Positions 60,955-64,000 of a stretch of DNA of 64,000 nt are shown piece by piece. The notes beneath the pieces were generated by a model, which saw nothing but the letters and a program-made list of their open reading frames with translations, did not search any database and was not told the DNA's origin. Source of the DNA: Bacteroidia bacterium (GTDB lineage Bacteria; Bacteroidota; Bacteroidia; NS11-12g; UBA9320); NCBI GenBank assembly GCA_965216465.1, contig CBDCFW010000005.1:192001-256000 (forward strand), given 5' to 3'. The translations under genes and the position numbers were made by a program. How positions within the stretch are numbered: the first letter of the stretch is position 1; every line of letters starts with the position of its first letter.

Positions 60955-61827
60955 GTGGTGAGCAAAGTTCTCTTTTATCTCATAATTAAACCACTATCCT
61001 TCTTACCACTTTGGATATTGTATCGGATTTCGGATGTTTTGGCTCCGGTTTTATTTTATCTTATTCCGTATCGTAAAAAAGTAGTAATTGGCAATATTTC
61101 GAGGTCATTCCCAGATAAAAGCAAGAAGGAAGTAAATCAAATTGCATTCAAATTTTACCGACATTTCTGCGATATAATTATTGAGGGCGTAAAGCTTTTC
61201 AGCATATCTAGAAAAGAGGTTTTAAAGCGATTTGTAGTATTAAACCCTGAGCTGGCAAACAACTATTTTAAGGCAGGAAGACCTATTGTTTTGGTTGGGG
61301 CACATTACAACAATTGGGAGATTCTTGCCAGTGGGTTAAACGACCAGATTGATCACCAAGCGGTTGGAATTTATGCTAAATTGGAAAACCCTTTTTTTAA
61401 CACCAAGTTTTTGGAAAGTAGAACAAAATTTGGTCTACGCATGATCCCAACAAAAGAGGTTGCTCCGTACTTCATTAGAGGATTTGAAACTCCTACTGCA
61501 ACTATTTTTGGGGCAGATCAAAGTCCAACCTATAACAAAGGTGTTCACTGGATGACCTTTCTTAATCAAGAAACTGCGGTGGCCAATGGAACTGAACGTT
61601 TCGCTAAGAAATACAATCTTCCAGTAGTGTATGGCAAAATCGAAAAAGTAAAGCGAGGCTATTACACGTTTGAAATGGAAACCATTTTCGACCAACCAAA
61701 AGATGCCAATGATGGTGAAATTAGTGAAGGTTTTACCAAGAAAATTGAAGAGCAGATAAATAACGATCCGCAGTATTGGTTATGGACCCACAAGCGTTGG
61801 AAACGTAAAAGACAGGAAAATGAGTAG
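60955..61827 (+). CDS. Lipid A / lysophospholipid acyltransferase (LpxL family)
   Basis: 290 aa; AHYNNWE, ADQSP, FLNQET, PQYWLWTHKRWK; start GTG 60955 or 60958. Confidence 0.88.
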   Translation: MVSKVLFYLIIKPLSFLPLWILYRISDVLAPVLFYLIPYRKKVVIGNISRSFPDKSKKEVNQIAFKFYRHFCDIIIEGVKLFSISRKEVLKRFVVLNPELANNYFKAGRPIVLVGAHYNNWEILASGLNDQIDHQAVGIYAKLENPFFNTKFLESRTKFGLRMIPTKEVAPYFIRGFETPTATIFGADQSPTYNKGVHWMTFLNQETAVANGTERFAKKYNLPVVYGKIEKVKRGYYTFEMETIFDQPKDANDGEISEGFTKKIEEQINNDPQYWLWTHKRWKRKRQENE

Positions 61828-62326
61828 ACTGAACAAACCTCTTAAAAAAGGCAAAGAAGTATTTGTGGCACCTGGTGCTACTGTTATCGGTGATGTTTCT
61901 TTAGACGACGAATCTAGCGTGTGGTTTGGAGCGGTGTTACGCGGAGATTCAGATAAGATTGAGATTGGTAAGCGAACCAACATTCAAGATAATGCAACCA
62001 TTCATTGCGATCCAGGGTTTCCTGCAATATTGGGTGATGATTGTATTGTTGGGCACAATGCAATTATTCACGGAGCTGAGCTTAAAAACAATGTTCTAGT
62101 AGGCATGCACGCCACCGTATTAAACGGTGCAGTTATAGGAGAATATTCTATTATTGGTGCAAATGCGTTGGTTACGGCAGGAACCGAGATTCCACCACGC
62201 TCATTGGTCTTGGGTTCTCCTGCAAAAGTTGTAAAGACCATTACTGAGCAACAAATGCAAGATATTCGTGAAAATGCTGCGGTTTATGTAAAGAAGGCAA
62301 AAGAGTTTATTGAATTTTATTCATAA
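61820..62326 (+). CDS. Gamma carbonic anhydrase family protein
   Basis: 168 aa; VWFGAVLRGD, NIQDNATIH, VGHNAIIHG, LVLGSPAK. Confidence 0.92.
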   Translation: MSRLNKPLKKGKEVFVAPGATVIGDVSLDDESSVWFGAVLRGDSDKIEIGKRTNIQDNATIHCDPGFPAILGDDCIVGHNAIIHGAELKNNVLVGMHATVLNGAVIGEYSIIGANALVTAGTEIPPRSLVLGSPAKVVKTITEQQMQDIRENAAVYVKKAKEFIEFYS

Positions 62327-62351
62327 AAAAATCCCGCCTCGGCGGGATTTT
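62325..62351. terminator. Bidirectional terminator
   Basis: AAAATCCCGCC/GGCGGGATTTT perfect stem between convergent genes. Confidence 0.85.
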
Positions 62352-62373
62352 GAAATATTCTTAATCAATTTGA

Positions 62374-62844
62374 TTAGTCGTTAAAGTCTTTCGAAGTTTC
62401 ATTTCCATCTTCATCCCACATTCTCCAAACACCTGTTTTTTGTCCTTGATTGTAGAACATTTCGAAGCGAATATTGCCTTCATCATCCCAAATAATCCAC
62501 TTACCGTGTTTAAGATCATTGTTGAAATTAGCAACACCAACGAGTAATCCAACATCGTTGAACTGTTGCCACTCACCAGTCTTATGGCCATTATTGTACG
62601 TTCCACTTTCTTTTAACTGTCCGTTCAGGTGAAAGTAGCTAGCACTTCCTTCTAACTCTCCATCTCTAACATTTAACTGTGAAACCAATTGGCCTTCTTT
62701 AAATTCTTCGTATACTCCAGTGAAGAGTAAACCATCAGCAGCATAATACTTTCCATTCTCAATGGTGACATCAGAATTTTGAGCACTTAACCCCATTACT
62801 ATGCCACAAACCAATATTGTCATTAAATTTCTCATAACTTTCAC
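62374..62844 (-). CDS. Secreted MORN-variant repeat protein (YwqK-like)
   Basis: Signal peptide; repeats such as YFHLNGQLKESGTYNNGHKTGEW and LKHGKWIIWDDEG; TATCTTTG promoter at 62860-62867; start GTG 62844 or ATG 62835. Confidence 0.8.
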   Translation of the reverse strand: MKVMRNLMTILVCGIVMGLSAQNSDVTIENGKYYAADGLLFTGVYEEFKEGQLVSQLNVRDGELEGSASYFHLNGQLKESGTYNNGHKTGEWQQFNDVGLLVGVANFNNDLKHGKWIIWDDEGNIRFEMFYNQGQKTGVWRMWDEDGNETSKDFND

Positions 62845-62997
62845 TTAACAATTCCTTAACAAAGATAGTAGTTCTAAATCTAAAATGGTAACGATAGGGA
62901 TAATTTATATCGCTATACAATTAAAGAATGTTCTGAGTGCTTCTAGCCTCATTTAAAGCGTTAAATTTGCACCACGATAAAAAGAAAAAAACACATT

Positions 62998-63630
62998 ATG
63001 TCAGTATTAACAGGAAGAAAAGCCCCACATTTCAGCGAGAAAGCTGTAATTAACGGAGGCGAAATAGTAGACAACTTTTCATTAGAGCAATTTGAAGGAA
63101 ACAACTACGTGATCTTATTCTTTTACCCAAAAGATTTCACATTTGTTTGTCCTACTGAACTTCATGCATTCCAGTCTAAACTTGCCGAGTTTGAAGCAAA
63201 AGGATGTAAGATTGTAGCATGTTCTACAGACACTGAAGAAAGTCATTGGGGATGGTTGCAAATGCCAAAATCTCAAGGCGGAATTCAAGGTATTACGTAC
63301 CCTATTATTGCTGACACTTCAAAAACCGTTAGCATGAACTATGGCGTTCTAAATGGCGAATACGAATACAATGAAAATGGAGATATCATTGCTACGGGTG
63401 AAATGATTGCATACCGAGGTCTTTTCTTAATTGACAAAGATGGTATCGTTCGTCACCAACTGGTTAACGATCTTCCTTTAGGTAGAAATGTTGATGAGGC
63501 AATGCGTTACCTTGATGCATTAAAGCATCATGAAGAATTTGGCGAAGTATGTCCTGCAAATTGGGCTCAAGGTGAAGAAGCTATGGCTGAAACTCACGAC
63601 GGAGTTGCTGACTACTTGGCTAGTCACTAA
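62998..63630 (+). CDS. ahpC: 2-Cys peroxiredoxin (AhpC/Prx1)
   Basis: 210 aa; FFYPKDFTFVCPTE, GRNVDE, EVCPANW; TAAATTTG promoter at 62962-62969. Confidence 0.93.
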   Translation: MSVLTGRKAPHFSEKAVINGGEIVDNFSLEQFEGNNYVILFFYPKDFTFVCPTELHAFQSKLAEFEAKGCKIVACSTDTEESHWGWLQMPKSQGGIQGITYPIIADTSKTVSMNYGVLNGEYEYNENGDIIATGEMIAYRGLFLIDKDGIVRHQLVNDLPLGRNVDEAMRYLDALKHHEEFGEVCPANWAQGEEAMAETHDGVADYLASH

Positions 63631-63659
63631 GCTTAAACATAACAAATTAGATTAATGAG

Positions 63660-63693
63660 AAAAGTCGTTTCAGCAATGGAGCGACTTTTTTTT
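63660..63693 (+). terminator. Intrinsic terminator after the peroxiredoxin gene
   Basis: AAAAGTCGTT/AGCGACTTTT stem followed by T8. Confidence 0.8.
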
Positions 63694-63699
63694 GAGCAC

Positions 63700-63725
63700 A
63701 AAAAAAGAGTTGCTTAGCAACTCTC
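63700..63725 (-). terminator. Intrinsic terminator for the convergent minus-strand gene
   Basis: AGAGTTGC/GCAACTCT stem with T7 on the minus strand. Confidence 0.75.
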
Positions 63726-63746
63726 GCTCTTTTATTATTAACTCAA

Positions 63747-64000
63747 CTATTTCTTTTCTAGAACAACCCTGATTTCTTCATCATTGTTGGTTGGAACCAA
63801 CTTTACATAGCCCGTATTATAACCTGAATACTCAATTTTGTAAAGCACTGGCTTGTTTGTTCTTTGTAATTCACTTATTCCATCAAAGTCGGTGTACACC
63901 GTTTTAGAGACCTCAACAGCGGTAACCTTTGCACCTGTAACTGGTTCATGGTTCTCATCTAGAACCACTACTTTTAAAGGGTTATTTGCCATAACACTAA
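63747..64000 (-). CDS. Carboxypeptidase-regulatory-like domain small protein, probably 5'-truncated by the window edge
   Basis: VVLDENHEPVTGAKV, TDFDG, YSGY; the frame is still open upstream of ATG 63992. Confidence 0.7.
   Translation of the reverse strand, partial: SVMANNPLKVVVLDENHEPVTGAKVTAVEVSKTVYTDFDGISELQRTNKPVLYKIEYSGYNTGYVKLVPTNNDEEIRVVLEKK

Noticed and set aside
62374-62844. YwqK-like protein as part of a toxin-antitoxin system
   Set aside because: No neighbouring toxin gene; signal-peptide MORN-variant proteins are common stand-alone genes in Bacteroidota.

Overview
This AT-rich window is core chromosome of a Bacteroidota bacterium. Evidence: TAnnTTTG -7 promoters, almost no Shine-Dalgarno sequences, a T9SS type-B cargo protein, bshC, an rpmB-rpmG-DUF4295(bL38)-ftsY-rimO operon, and dnaA without adjacent dnaN. 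It holds about 58 densely packed CDSs, mostly housekeeping (uvrD/pcrA, ftsK, lolA, eno, carA, rpsA, pyrR, pyrB, gyrB, pfkA, lon, hisS, tpiA, rnhB, dnaX, rpsF-rpsR-rplI, dnaA, typA, ahpC), plus several secreted or outer-membrane proteins of unknown function. I saw no rRNA, tRNA, CRISPR array, transposase, integrase or prophage gene, and I cannot support a new multi-gene system. The best signals are small and outside the ORF track. (1) dnaX is split at an A10 run: standard decoding gives a 362-aa gamma-like product and a -1 shift gives a ~556-aa tau-like product. (2) A self-contained promoter/structured RNA/terminator unit at ~47774-47938 looks like an unannotated small RNA with three CCUAAC motifs. 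(3) Strong SD motifs occur only at rpsA (TTG start overlapped by a 3-codon ORF) and rpsR. (4) bS1 carries a C-terminal Rho-N-like domain. (5) The ORF track missed a 51-aa bL38/DUF4295 gene. Product calls come from motif recognition by eye, not database searches.
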